Source: Octopus bimaculoides
Taxonomy: Eukaryota
Direction: 5' to 3'
Assembly (NCBI RefSeq): GCF_001194135.2
Contig: NC_068985.1
Span: 56,211,721-56,275,720 of the forward strand
Length of the DNA stretch: 64,000 nt
Below, one piece after another: positions 50,821-64,000 of the stretch. A program made the position numbers and the translations under genes. Each line of letters starts with the position of its first letter. The stretch's first letter is position 1. Under the pieces are notes generated by a model. It had not been told where the DNA came from. It searched no databases and saw only the letters and a list, made by a program, of their open reading frames with translations.

Positions 50821-52932
50821 GCACATGACCAATCGGTCCGAGGAACAAAGGCCATTATAGTAATGATAGAATACTCAGAGAAGGGAGTTAGCATGCCAGT
50901 GGCTCCGTATCTTGCCTATATTCTAGACACCCGGGTTAACTGCGGTATGCAGAGTTATGTTGTCGACGTAAATTCAACACGAAATGTGAAATGGTAATCC
51001 ATTGCTATATTTATCTGGTTATTCTAACTTTATTGACTCAATACTGTAATGCATACAAAACGATATTTTACTTCCATTTAACGCTCGTGTTTAAACTTGT
51101 ACCAAAAAAAAAAAAAAAACCTGACAAAATATCAATTATTTTAAAATTTTGAAATCCAATTATTTGATGCAAGAGAACATTTTTCAAAAATAGAATGTTT
51201 TTTTTGTGTTCTTTCTATTTCATTAAAAAAAAAACAGTCTTCAGAAACAAAAGCAAGTAAAACGCCTAAATTGATAATAATAATAATAATAATAATAATA
51301 ATANNNNNNNNNNNNNNNNNNNNNNNNNNNNNNNNNNNNNNNNNNNNNNNNNNNNNNNNNNNNNNNNNNNNNNNNNNNNNNNNNNNNNNNNNNNNNNNNN
51401 NNNNNNNNNNNNNNNNNNNNNNNNNNNNNNNNNNNNNNNNNNNNNNNNNNNNNNNNNNNNNNNNNNNNNNNNNNNNNNNNNNNNNNNNNNNNNNNNNNNN
51501 NNNNNNNNNNNNNNNNNNNNNNNNNNNNNNNNNNNNNNNNNNNNNNNNNNNNNNNNNNNNNNNNNNNNNNNNNNNNNNNNNNNNNNNNNNNNNNNNNNNN
51601 NNNNNNNNNNNNNNNNNNNNNNNNNNNNNNNNNNNNNNNNNNNNNNNNNNNNNNNNNNNNNNNNNNNNNNNNNNNNNNNNNNNNNNNNNNNNNNNNNNNN
51701 NNNNNNNNNNNNNNNNNNNNNNNNNNNNNNNNNNNNNNNNNNNNNNNNNNNNNNNNNNNNNNNNNNNNNNNNNNNNNNNNNNNNNNNNNNNNNNNNNNNN
51801 NNNNNNNNNNNNNNNNNNNNNNNNNNNNNNNNNNNNNNNNNNNNNNNNNNNNNNNNNNNNNNNNNNNNNNNNNNNNNNNNNNNNNNNNNNNNNNNNNNNN
51901 NNNNNNNNNNNNNNNNNNNNNNNNNNNNNNNNNNNNNNNNNNNNNNNNNNNNNNNNNNNNNNNNNNNNNNNNNNNNNNNNNNNNNNNNNNNNNNNNNNNN
52001 NNNNNNNNNNNNNNNNNNNNNNNNNNNNNNNNNNNNNNNNNNNNNNNNNNNNNNNNNNNNNNNNNNNNNNNNNNNNNNNNNNNNNNNNNNNNNNNNNNNT
52101 ATATATAAATACATACATATATATGTGTGTGTGTGTGTAGGAAGAAACATATTTCGTTATTATTTATCGTACTGCAATACTGCAGTAATTACTGTTGCTG
52201 TTGTGTCTGGTCTGGCTGTCTGAAACTTATTTGGAGGTTATCTCCGTTTATATTTTTAACATTATATATACACATATATGTGCAGATTTCTCTCTCTCTT
52301 TCTCTCATTTGCTCTCTCTCTCTGACACACACAATACACACACACATACACACACACATATATATATATATACAAAAATATATAAATACATATATACGTA
52401 TTGTATATATATATTTAAGTACCCATCTCCCCCCCCCTCTCTCTCTCTCTCTCTCTCGCTCTATCCATCTATTTACTTATGCATGTGTTTGTAACATATA
52501 GGCACATAGACACATACACACACGCGCATATATATACTCAGAAACATTCACATACACTCATATATAGATTCGACATTGAGCTAGCACCCGCAGCAAAAAG
52601 AACATCACGTAATACCAACCTCAATAGGGAACGCATCCAAGCGAGGGACAAAAGAATCACGACTGCTTCTGCCTAACTACACAACCCATGCACTAGAAAC
52701 TACGGGACTGGAGGTTTTTCATTGTAGGAAATGTGTGGTATCCTTATTGCTACATATATATATATTTAATTATATGTATTTATTTTATCCTAATAAATAA
52801 TAATTCGGATAGAATAAATGGGTTAATAGAAACCAAGGTAGCAAAGATCACAAAATAACTGTGGTGTAATTCCTGTTAGTGAGACAGAAACTCCTTGATA
52901 TTTTGGGTATTTGAGTATATATAAAATTTTAA

Positions 52933-53152
52933 GGAATGGAGTAAACGCATGTTATAACTGCATACTTTATTCCGACATATGATTCTAAGAATTACAATTT
53001 ATGCGATCCATAGGAATCGTCGATGTTAAAAATGTAAACTTCTCCCCAGGGAATGCATGGGAACCATCTTAAACGTAAGACATTATGACCGAGTATATAG
53101 AAACATATGTCGGAATAAAGTATGCAGTTATAACATGCGTTTACTCCATTCC
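52933..53152. mobile_element. Kolobok-like MITE, 220 bp, perfect 49-bp TIRs, TTAA flanks
   Basis: TTAA|GGAATGGAGTAAACGCATG...CATATG (52933-52981) is the exact RC of 53104-53152, which is followed by TTAA. RR...YY termini plus a TTAA TSD is the Kolobok signature; piggyBac normally starts CC. Confidence 0.85.
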
Positions 53153-53157
53153 TTAAA

Positions 53158-53199
<42 letters not shown>

Positions 53200-53478
53200 N
53201 NNNNNNNNNNNNNNNNNNNNNNNNNNNNNNNNNNNNNNNNNNNNNNNNNNNNNNNNNNNNNNNNNNNNNNNNNNNNNNNNNNNNNNNNNNNNNNNNNNNN
53301 NNNNNNNNNNNNNNNNNNNNNNNNNNNNNNNNNNNNNNNNNNNNNNNNNNNNNNNNNNNNNNNNNNNNNNNNNNNNNNNNNNNNNNNNNNNNNNNNNNNN
53401 NNNNNNNNNNNNNNNNNNNNNNNNNNNNNNNNNNNNNNNNNNNNNNNNNNNNNNNNNNNNNNNNNNNNNNNNNNNNNN

Positions 53479-53536
<58 letters not shown>

Positions 53537-53692
53537 CAGACGGGCTTCTTCCAGTTTGCGTCTAGCAAATCCACTCACAAGGCTTTGGTCGGCCCAGGTT
53601 ACAGTGGAAGACACTTGTCTAAGGTGCCACGCAGTGGAATTGAACCCGGAACCATGCCGTTGGGAAGCAAGTTTCCTACTACACAGCCACAC
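53537..53692 (-). mobile_element. SINE family A head and body
   Basis: Matches 4851-5017. Confidence 0.85.
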
Positions 53693-54290
53693 AATATATA
53701 CACATATATGCATAGAGAGCGGGAGAGAAAGAGAGGGCGAGTGAGAGAAAAGGAAAGAGAGAGGAAGGGAGAGGAAGAGAAAGAAAGAGAGGTACTAATG
53801 CAAATGAACACTTTGGGCTTGATATATAAAATATATATGCCTACAGATACAGGTGTAAAGATGTATAGAGATACTTATAAAGAGATATAAAAACTGAAAA
53901 CATTCAGAAAATGAACACTCGTGCATAATCATATAAATATTCCTATATTTTTATTAGATTTCTGGTTCGACAGCTGTTATAGTTGTAATGTTGGCAGATG
54001 GAGTGTGCGAAAAAAACCCCAAAGATATGCGACCAGTATTGGATGCATATAAACATTGCCTTAAAACTGGAGTCTGTCATCAGGATCGAAAGATAGGTAA
54101 CAAGCAGTTCAGATCATAAAGAAAGACTTCAGAGTGTAAGTTCAAATCATTATTTGCCAACAATGTAACCATTACATAATTCTGAGTCCCCAGAAACAGC
54201 TGTCGGACCTCAAATGCCATGATCTCTCCCTTTAGTTTTTTGTATTTTTTGAACTCCATGTAAATTGTTTATGTAAATATATAAATATCT

Positions 54291-54470
54291 ATAGGTGCAG
54301 GAGTGGCTGTGTAGTAAGTAGCTTGCTTACCAACCACATGGTTCCGGGTTCAGTCACACTGCGTGGCATCTTGGGCAAGTGTCTTCTACTATAGCCTCGG
54401 GCCGACCAAAACCTTGTGAGTGAATTTGGTAGACGGAAACTGAAAGAAGCCCGTCGTATANNNNNNNNNN

Positions 54471-54507
<37 letters not shown>

Positions 54508-54632
54508 TTGTGTGCCTGTGTTTGTCCCCCTAGCATTGTTTGACAACCGATGCTGGTGTGTTTTCGTCCTCGTAACCTAGCGCTTCGGCAAGAGAACCGA
54601 TAGAATAAGTACTAGGCTTACAAAGAATAAGT
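54291..54632 (+). mobile_element. SINE family A, near full-length with an internal microsatellite/gap
   Basis: ATAGGTGCAGGAGTGGCTGTGTAG head, body to 54460, (TG)n, tail to AAGAATAAGTCC. Confidence 0.88.
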
Positions 54633-54661
54633 CCTTTTCAGCACTCACTCGCGTGTATGTA

Positions 54662-55912
54662 GAGGGTAGGGTAGCAAAATTTACAATGAACGTTAAGTTG
54701 TTTTTTCTCAGCAGGCACTAAGTCAATTTTTTTGAAACCTAGCATATATTGATGTCAGAATCATACCTGGCACTATTATCCGTACCTTTTCAGAAACTTT
54801 TGCCCATGTGAATAATCAGGAAATCAAATGTCAAAGAGTGTGTGATTTGCTGAATGCACTCGTCACACCAAAGGAGATTTCAAGAATAGTTGGAGTGTCC
54901 ATAAAGACTGTTTATAATGTAAAGAATAGAATGGCTATGGGCAAAACTATTACGAAGAAGTCTGGAAGTGAAGGAATCAACAAAAAACGTACCAAAGCTT
55001 TTATTAAAGCTCTCAAATCCAAAATCCTAAAGGATCCAACCAAATCCATGAGAAAAATGGCAATTGAACTTGAGGTAGACAACAAGACCATTAGAAATGC
55101 AATAAAATATGATTTGAGATTAAAATCTTACACAAGAACACCAAAACACTTGTTAACAACAGCTATGAAGGAAAAGAGATTGGAAAGGTGTAAGAAAATT
55201 ATTACATGGTTCAAGAAAAAATCCTCTATTGTAACGATATTTTCAGATGAAAAGATCTTCACTGTCGATGCTGTTCTGAATCGCAGAAATGACATATTTA
55301 TCGCAAAATCGACAGCTGAGGTTAAAGGGACATTCAAAACAAAACATCCTGCTCAAGTTATGGGTTTTGGTTTTGTGGCTTCCGATGAAAAGAAAATGCC
55401 TACAAAATTCTACAAAGCTGATGAAAAGATCAATGTTAATACTTACTACAAGACTCTGAAAAACCAGGTATTGTCATGGCTTAAAGATGGTAATTATGTA
55501 TGGACACAGGATGGTGCTCCAGTCCACACAGCTAGAAAAATACAAGATTTCTGCAAATCCAACTTTAGCAATATTTTGGTATTATGTTTATGGCCGCCTT
55601 CTAGCCCAGATCTAAACCCTCTGGATTATACTCATAGAACATCACACAGCAATGTCGACTCTCTTAAAGATACTATTAAAGAAGAATGGGAGAAGTTGTC
55701 TCCCGAATATTTGAGGAACACTTGTGAAAGATTCAGGAAGCATGTGAAGGCAGTTATTGAGAAAGAAGGAGGACACATAGAATAAAAACATTTTCTATTA
55801 TGTAAATTTTCTTGTGGCAAATAAATTCTCATGACTTTCTATAAACTAATTGGTCATACACTGTCTTTCAATCCCTGTCTCAAAATATTGTAAATTTTGC
55901 TTCCCCACCCTG
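54662..55912 (+). mobile_element. Full-length maT (DD37D) Tc1/mariner element, 1251 bp
   Basis: 26-bp imperfect TIRs ((C/G)AGGGT(G/A)GGG(A/T)AGCAAAATTTACAAT), TA flanks at 54660-54661 and 55913-55914, internal transposase ORF. Confidence 0.93.
54808..55785 (+). pseudogene. DD37D transposase ORF (325 aa), probably defective
   Basis: FSDEK...QDGAP-(37 aa)-PLDY with WPPSSPDLNP. The frame opens at GTG (the ATG at 54806 is out of frame and followed by TGA), and the helix usually following LDY appears deleted. Confidence 0.85.
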
Positions 55913-56214
55913 TATGTATGAATCTGTGTGTTTATGTATGTATGTATGTACGTATGTATGTATGTATGTATGTATGTATGTATGTATATATGTATGTATG
56001 TATCTATATATCTATACATACATACATACATACATGTGTGTAAGATAATATTTGTCTAAAAACATGTTTTGTTCGTCTGAATCTTTGTAGACAAGCTTTT
56101 AAACGTTTAAATGTTCTTTATATGAAAAAATATATTCTTTTACGTAGTTTAAATATTTCTATACGTTAGTCTAGATAGATAATACTCATCAGACCAGTAG
56201 AAATCAACAACAAT

Positions 56215-56251
56215 AATAATAACAACAATAGAAACAACGATAACAACTACA

Positions 56252-56318
<67 letters not shown>

Positions 56319-56335
56319 CAACAACAACAACAGCT
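56215..56335. repeat. (AAC)n/(GAC)n trinucleotide repeat
   Basis: Direct reading. Confidence 0.9.
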
Positions 56336-56859
56336 TGCAGCTAAAAAAAGAGCAAGAAACAACGGCCAAAAAGAAAGTGAATTTGATGTGAATAGTCTTG
56401 ATGAATATCAGTTAGAGAACCTTAAAAATTGAGGCAGAAACTGAAGTCACTCGAGGCCCTAGATTCAGTTAGTTTGAGGTGATTGTGGATCGAACCAAGA
56501 TTAAGAAAATCAAGCAAACAAAAAAAAAAAAGCAAAAAGCATCAAGTGTAAGTAGTGAGATTGATCAGAAACTCATGAAAATATGATGCATCCAACACAT
56601 TGATATTAGCAATTGCTATTGCAGAATTGTTAAGGGAAAGGAGAAAAGAAAAGAAAGAGCAGGAGGTGTCCTGGTGGAAAAGAAAGGCAGGTTCCAATGA
56701 AAATTAATGGTTTTAGGAAATGGGACAATGGAAGTAGAGTAAATCAAAATGTAGTGTACTACGCTTTGATAAATAACTACTTACGTCGCTGACAACTTTG
56801 ACCAATAATAACTAGAGAGGGTCGCTTATAGGAAGTATCATTTATGGACTATGTGGTGT

Positions 56860-57960
56860 TGCAGTGCGTGGCTGCATCCACCTTCTGCCGGTGTTTGCTG
56901 GGGTCGACCCTGATACCTCTCTGAGCAGTGTTCCAGCCGCTCCTCGTCATCTCGAGATACTTACTCATTTACAGTGACTATGTGGCATGTGACCAACCAA
57001 CACGAGTTGTCACCCCGGCTGGATCCTCAGAGAAAAGAACACGATACACAGGATCTAACTCGGAAAATCGGGTAAAACGACCAAACAGTTTCAGCTGAGC
57101 TCATGAATCATACAGGTAACGGGACATATCTCAATTTCTGAGTATAGTCGTTGGCTAGATACAAAATCCGACCAATGGTAACCCATAATGCTGCGAGGTG
57201 TCCTGGTACCAAAGGAGTTCAGGCGGCTCCTAAGGGCCCGACAGTGTCTAAAGTCTCGTAACTATAGAGCCAGACAGAAGGCTAGAGACCTGAAGATCCG
57301 AAACTTTGTCTTCTTGCTTAGATATCTGCAGTGCCAGACTCCTTTATCTAATGAGTCCACAGCTACACCAGCAGGTTCAAGTCTTAAGACAACGGCTAAT
57401 GCTGCTATGGATCACACTGTCGAGATGAGTTGAGTGCTCAACAACTTCGATATTCTCGACTGCAACAGAGACAGACAAGACAGAGTCCCCCAGGAAGCCA
57501 ACGAAAGAATGAATCTTTGTTTTGATTCAAGAAACCCTAAGATCAAGTGGTTCTGCTTCTTCATTCAGTGAGAGGATATCCTTAAGACACCCAAAGACTC
57601 AACAAGAATAATTGCATCATCAGCAAAATCTAGGTCAGTAATTCTACTTTCATCAACGTGTGCTCCACAACTCGATCGAGCCACCATTCAGACCATGGGG
57701 ACATTGAGCAGAATGGGAGCCAAGACACAATCCTGATAGATCATGGGAAAAAGTTGAGCGAACAATCCGAATTATGCCCTCTGTTGCAGTATACAAGGCC
57801 GCTATCAGCCAAACCAGTCGAGAAAGTATGCCTTGCAGCTAAGGAATCCTCCAGAGCATATCTCTGTCTACTGAGTCAAACATCTTGCGGAGGTCGACAC
57901 AAGTTAGGAGCAGCCCCTACCGCAAACAACCAACAATTGTTGACATGCGCTTATCTTTAA
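56860..57960 (-). mobile_element. RTE-clade LINE RT and 3' end
   Basis: RC: VDLRKMFDSVDRDMLW, QDCVLAPILL, ITDLDFADD, ENIEVVEH, LSKKTKFRIFRSL, GYHWSDFVS motifs. Confidence 0.9.
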
Positions 57961-57989
57961 AAGAACGACACGTTATTGTTATGCAAATG

Positions 57990-59760
57990 GCAGTTCTGCA
58001 TATAAGCTTATCAAAGCTATTTAAGGAGAGCAGCGCAACATTTTAATTAGTATAATATAACACGTCATAATGAAGGAAGTAAAGAAAGGCAAATCAGAAG
58101 AGAAGATTCATGTAAGGAAAAAGAGAAAAGGTAAAGAAACAAAGCTGAGATCTGCTAAAATCAGAATATACGAAGAAAGAAACAACCAGTATAAACAAAA
58201 TCGCCATTTTTAATTAAGTCAGAAACGCCTATTTGATATTTTTGAAAGAAATGAGAAAAATGATAACATGCGGCCGAATGCTGAAGAAGGCAAACTATTT
58301 TTGGAAAGAAATTTGGGGAAAATACGCTACACAGACTTATGAATGAAGTAAGTAGAAAACTACACTGAATTTGTTGAGGAAAATAATTGAAAAAGGCAGG
58401 AAAATGGAAAACAGCAGGACTAGACTTTGTCCATGGTCACTGGCTGAAAGGTTTTACGAGTTTCCATGTAACCATAGTGATACTACTAAATGAGTGCCTG
58501 CCAAAGGAGATGTACTTCGGTGGCTAACAGTAGAAGAATCTGTCTAATATTAAAAAATAAACAGAAAAGAAATACTATCCAAAATTTTGGACGAATTACA
58601 TCTACCGTTATGTAAACTCCTAACAGGGGTAATTGTGGAAGAGGTACACCAACAACCACTATGTAAGAAACACCATGTGTCCGATGAACAGAAAGGCTAT
58701 TGAAACAAGATCAAGGGAACGAATGGCCAATTAATGAGTGATAAAATTATTTTATGCAGAGAGTGGCAAATTTGTGCATCGCGCGGATCGATTATTGAAA
58801 AGCGTACCACCTAATTCTTCACTCGTGCGTCATGCAGTGCTTAGAACTGTTCAAGATGTCATGAATGTTAGGTGCTTGTTACAAAATACAATGTATCATT
58901 GGAGAGTATAGTTAACATTAGAGAGAGAAAGATTAAGAGATATACAAATCAGAAGTAGAGTATTTCAATAGAACTGCCTCTCCCCCATTTTGTTTGTAAA
59001 TATACTGATCCCTTTGTTAATACTAAACAAAGCCAAGGAAGGATATTTATTGGAAAAGAATAGGGGAAAAGTGAAACATCTCCCATTTATAGATGACTTA
59101 AGGCTTTATGGCAAAGGTAAGAACCAACTGGTTTCCTGAGTACAAACTGTAAGAATATTTAGTACCGATATTTAGAGGACTTTCGGAATCGAAAAATATG
59201 CAATGAAGCGGGTAAAGTCCATAAAATGTACTGAAATAGGTATACTTAATGATGAAAATAAATAAATAATTACATGTAGAAGAAACATAAGCATGTGGAA
59301 ATAAAGGAAAGCGATAAAATTAAAAGTATAGAAATGAAGGAATCTCTCAATATAGAATAATTTCTCAGTGTGATGTTAAAATCCAAATTGAATGTGGGGA
59401 ATATCATAGAAGCTATCAATAAAGCATGGAGCAGGAATTATGGAATGGCAGAGAAATGACGTGAACGATATCTACAAGAAAACAGGGAAGCTACTCACAA
59501 TGGATCTGCAAGCAGATGTGGACTGATTATTCTGAAAAAGAGCAAATGAAGGAAAATGATTAATGAATGTCGAAGAGGTAACAGAACTAGAGAAGACCAA
59601 TCTAGGTTCCTGTTTGGATAAAAAAGAAGAAACGCTCCTTAAGGAATTAATAAGGGAAAACAAGAAAAAAAATTGTAAAAGTGGGAATCAAACTGGGAGG
59701 GAAATAATTTTCAAAAACACAAACGTGATGCGGGATGAAAAGGACAAGAGATAACAAGGA
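57990..59760 (+). mobile_element. Highly decayed R4/Dong-like LINE RT region
   Basis: AKIRIYEERNNQYKQNRHF, WKTAGLDFVHGHWLKG, LSPILF..ILIPL and KVKHLPFIDDLRLYGK motifs, with many frameshifts. Confidence 0.75.
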
Positions 59761-60170
59761 TGTAAAGAACCGGAATAGGTTGTGCAAGGAATCCCAATCA
59801 ACCTTCTAATAGGTCCGCTACTGATTGGTACTTTTATCACCCCGCTTAAAGGTTGAAAGGCAAAGTTGTCCTCAGTGTAATCAGAACTAAAACATTCGGA
59901 CCAAATATTGTTAAACATTCTAACAACTCTGCAAACTTGCTGCTTTTGCTATTTGATAATTATAATAATCCTTTCTGCAGTAGGCACAAGGTCTGAAATT
60001 CGGAGGAAGAAATTAAGTCGATTACATCGACCCTAGTGCATAACTGGTACTTATTTAATTGACACCGAAACAATGAAAGGCAAAGTCGACCTCGGCAGAA
60101 TTTGATCTCAGAACGTAGTGACAGATGAACTACCGCTAAGCATTTTGCCCGCTGTGCTAACGATTCTGCT
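59760..60170 (-). mobile_element. Two tandem SINE family C copies (older ~59760-59940, younger ~59975-60170)
   Basis: GAAAGGCAAAGT(T/C)G(T/A)CCTC and GGTACTT motifs shared with 8692-8925. Confidence 0.7.
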
Positions 60171-60799
60171 ATAATAATGATAAAAACAATGATTTCGTTC
60201 ATTGGAAGAAGGCCATACAATTTTTTTGGGGAAGGATGCAGTTGGTTTTTCGATTCTTCCTTAAATGTTTCGTATTTATTTTATCGATATTGGAGAAATG
60301 TGAAGTGTAAACATAAAGAATTAGAACTAAACGGTATAAATCAGCTAGTATGGTGCTCTACCGTGTATTTACTCACCCTCACCTCTTGACCTTAATAATA
60401 GTAATTATAATAATTGTTTATTTTTTGGCACAACAGCAAATTTTTTTTATTTGTGTGCATTTTTTACTGATTTTGATGCCAATATTTTATTGTACGAAAG
60501 GAAAGTGGAGAGAGTGGAGAGGTCGAAGAATCTGTAGAGCATTGGGACAGTGGCTGAATCAATATCTTTTGCTGCATCTCTAACGTTCTGAGTTCAAGTC
60601 CGCTCTTAGGTCGACTTTAACTTTAATCATTCTGGGATCGGTGGAATAAACACTGAGGCTGGCTGATAACTTCTATAAAATTTGAAGTCATCTACGACCG
60701 GAGAGAAATCAAGGCGATAGCATGGCTTAGGAGGAGCATCAGGAAAAATACCTTGGGGTGTTGTATTTTGTTAAATCATTGTATTTTGGGTTCAAATCT

Positions 60800-61637
60800 G
60801 TGAATGTTGATACAACAGAAGACTATATTTATCGATATGAATGATTACTATGAATGTTTATAGAATACAAGATCATGTGTTGATACAATACGAGGCTAAG
60901 TATCTTGACACAATACTATATATGTTGATACAACACACAGACAAATATGTTGTCATAACACAAGTCTATGTATGTGTTGGCATAACGCAAGACTATATAT
61001 AATGGCACAGTACAACACTATATGCTATCACAACACATGTATATATATCTATGTATGTTGACACAATACAACTATTTATGTTTACACAATACTACAACAC
61101 TATAGATGTTAATTCAAATCTATACATGTTGATACAATACTATACTATGTATTTTGACACAAGACTAAATATTTATAGAAGACAATACGAAGCTATGTAC
61201 GCCAGAGGATGATCATACATAGAACCTATATTAAAATTCGGGAATACAGAAAAAAGCATTAAGCGAAGACATCGACATTTGCGCCACTAACGAACAACCC
61301 AGCTTCAGAATTCCCCCCCCTCTATAAATTCAGGGACAATGCAATTTATAATCAGCGCATTAGCAAAGGATCATACTTTATCGCAAAATATAAACCCCTT
61401 TTGACAGCTTCCACCGCAGATGACACTACTACAAAGATCTTAGAATAATACTCACGTAAATATTAAAAACGATACATTCAGAACAGCCACTATCCATGAA
61501 TATATTTAGAACAATTCCAATCACTACTGCTACAACGACAACAGGCCACTTTTAGGTCACTTGACCATTAAAGAAGATTCCACGAACAGTCTACTACTGT
61601 CATACCACTCCCGTCTTCTTCTTCTTCTGTCTGTCTT

Positions 61638-61704
<67 letters not shown>

Positions 61705-61761
61705 NNNNNNNNNNNNNNNNNNNNNNNNNNNNNNNNNNNNNNNNNNNNNNNNNNNNNNNNN

Positions 61762-61836
<75 letters not shown>

Positions 61837-62190
61837 CATATATATATATATATATAGCGCAAAATATGGGGTAATAAATTAAAATAATTGTTCGTTCTGG
61901 TGTTATAACAGCGTGCCTCATGAATTCTTTTTTTCGTAGTTTGGGTTTTAACTGCCCTTTGTAGCATGTAAGGAGTCTTGTCAAAGGTCTCCACTCTGTG
62001 TATAAAAATATTTTATATACTTTATATTTAATATATATATATATATATATTTACACGACAAGAGACTATGTACGTTGACACAATACAAGACTATATATAT
62101 TAACGGCGCGCAAGATTTTATATGTTCGCACATCAAAGCTATACATCTTGACACAACTTAGAAAATGTGTATGTTGATACAACACGCGAT
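60800..62190. repeat. Degenerate ~22-28 bp minisatellite (ATGTTGACACAATACAAGACTAT-like) in two blocks, 60800-61195 and 62055-62190
   Basis: TGTTGA(T/C)ACAA(T/C)AC recurs more than 10 times; interrupted by PLE-derived sequence and microsatellites. Confidence 0.75.
61200..61560 (+). mobile_element. PLE GIY-YIG C-terminal remnant
   Basis: FRIPPLYKFRDNAIYNQRISKGSYFIAKYKPLL resembles the PLE C-terminal F.I.P.YK...R..KE.YFI.K.KP.LN motif. Confidence 0.6.
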
Positions 62191-62238
62191 CGTTTGAATT
62201 AGATTTCAAATTGAATCTCCTTCAGTGAATCAGTCTTA

Positions 62239-62308
<70 letters not shown>

Positions 62309-62314
62309 TATCTT

Positions 62315-62505
62315 TTACTTGTTTGAGTCTAAGGGCACCACCTTGAAGAATTTTTAGTCGAAATGAATCGACCTTAGTACTTATTTTTGTAAATCCTGGT
62401 ACTTATTCTATAGGGCACTTTTGTTGAGCCGCTATGTTAAGGGGAAATAAACAAACCAACACCAGTTGTCAAGCGGAGGTGGGGATAAACACAGACACAA
62501 ACACG
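62315..62505 (-). mobile_element. SINE family A tail
   Basis: RC matches 21220-21420. Confidence 0.75.
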
Positions 62506-63872
62506 TACACAAGCCCACACACGCACATGCATATACAAACGCACATACGCACACTAGAACCCACACATATACACACACAAGTAAGAAAAAGAGATAGCAA
62601 AGGAATATAAGATTATTTTATGTACTTCACTACCTTATAGCTGTTTCCGCTATAAGATGCGATGGACTCATTCGAGCCTCAAACATGAAGCGCAATTCAT
62701 TTAGGAAAAAATTACATTTATGCATACACACAGGAAATCATTACCAATGAGAAAGCATCGATCTGGGGGATGAAATCAAGGGGCTCTTCCCATAACTAGA
62801 ATAAAATTAATTCTAAGATGTGTTTAGTGATGGATATATCTAGACGTAGAGAAAGAGTGAATATATCTATGAGTAAGAATATATGTATACACACACTTAC
62901 ACATACATGCATATATGTATACATACATAACATGAACGTTCTTACTGGAATATATGCATACACATTACTTGAGTAACGCTTCGTTCAGAAGCATACGTAT
63001 ATTGAGTTCTACACCAGGTTATTAGTATTACAGTGCTTAAGCGACTAATACACTAACCACGCGTCATTTTTGCCCTGCCAGTCATTCCACCGCACATCTT
63101 ACTGTCATCGTCCTGGCCTTGCACTGTGGATCCACAACCTCTAAATTTCGCCTTGAACAGCGCCACGTCTTTTTTCTTCAAACCATTTTCACTGAACACA
63201 CCCCTCCTTCTAATAACATATTTCATAGACTTTAAAAAAAAAATTTTAAGAGCTTTTAAAACATGTTTAAAATTTTTTTTAATTAAATTTTTTTTTTAAA
63301 TTAAAATTTTTTCAAACACTCATTTGAATTATAATTACATTTTATTTTTCTTAATTTAATTTTTAATTTTAACTTTTTGATTTAATTGAAATTATTTAAA
63401 TTTTTAATTTTAACTCATCTCCCACACATTTCCACACACCCATATGCATATCGAGCGCCTCCCACATACTACATATATACGTATCGTACACATAAACACG
63501 TCTCCATATCCTGGCGTGTACAGGAAAAAAAACCCCTTCACATACACACGCCTGCAGAGACACATATATACACATACACAACACCCCCCACACATGCACA
63601 CGCAAACATACATACACGCTCATATACACTCACCCCCGTACTCACGCAATCACACAATCATGCGTACACACACAAACACATACGTAAACACACAGCAACA
63701 CTAATGAAACCACACATTTTCACTTCGCCTACCACCACTAAATCTAACTACAGCTACAAACCTGTCAGAACCACTCCTTACACATACATCGCTCACATAA
63801 ACACCAAACACACACAGATACTACTACACACACACACTCACGCGCACACACACACACACACACACACGCGCG

Positions 63873-63916
<44 letters not shown>

Positions 63917-64000
63917 ATATTTCTCTTACACACGCTCTTTCTTGGACTACATTTTCCTTCTCACCGGCCTGTTCCTCTTTCCTCTTTCTGACGAAGAGCC

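Noticed and set aside
60800-61195. CRISPR-like repeat array
   Set aside because: Eukaryotic context, degenerate variable units without unique spacers, no cas genes; it is a minisatellite.
63230-63410. AT-rich inverted repeats
   Set aside because: Low-complexity A/T runs give such matches by chance.

Overview
Eukaryotic, AT-rich, repeat-saturated genomic DNA from a gapped short-read assembly, with most N-gaps bordered by simple repeats. The microsatellite density and SINE/LINE content suggest a cephalopod such as Octopus (inference). I could not identify a host protein-coding gene with confidence; the best candidate is one 173-nt exon on the minus strand at 27998-28170. Nearly all long ORFs in the track are artefacts of N-runs or microsatellites. 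DNA transposons present: a Tc1 5' fragment, three mariner remnants, two DD37D maT elements (one full-length with TIRs), a Helitron2/Helentron Rep remnant and several MITEs (Kolobok-like, hAT-like, Tc1-like). Retroelements present: two lineages of Penelope-like elements (PLEs); CR1-group, RTE and R4/Dong-like LINE remnants; and at least three tRNA-derived SINE families. The most notable signal is a minimal type I hammerhead ribozyme with an intact catalytic core and a palindromic stem III at 13938-13998. Several degenerate hammerhead relics lie in PLE-type terminal repeats, which repeatedly end at (TA)n microsatellites.
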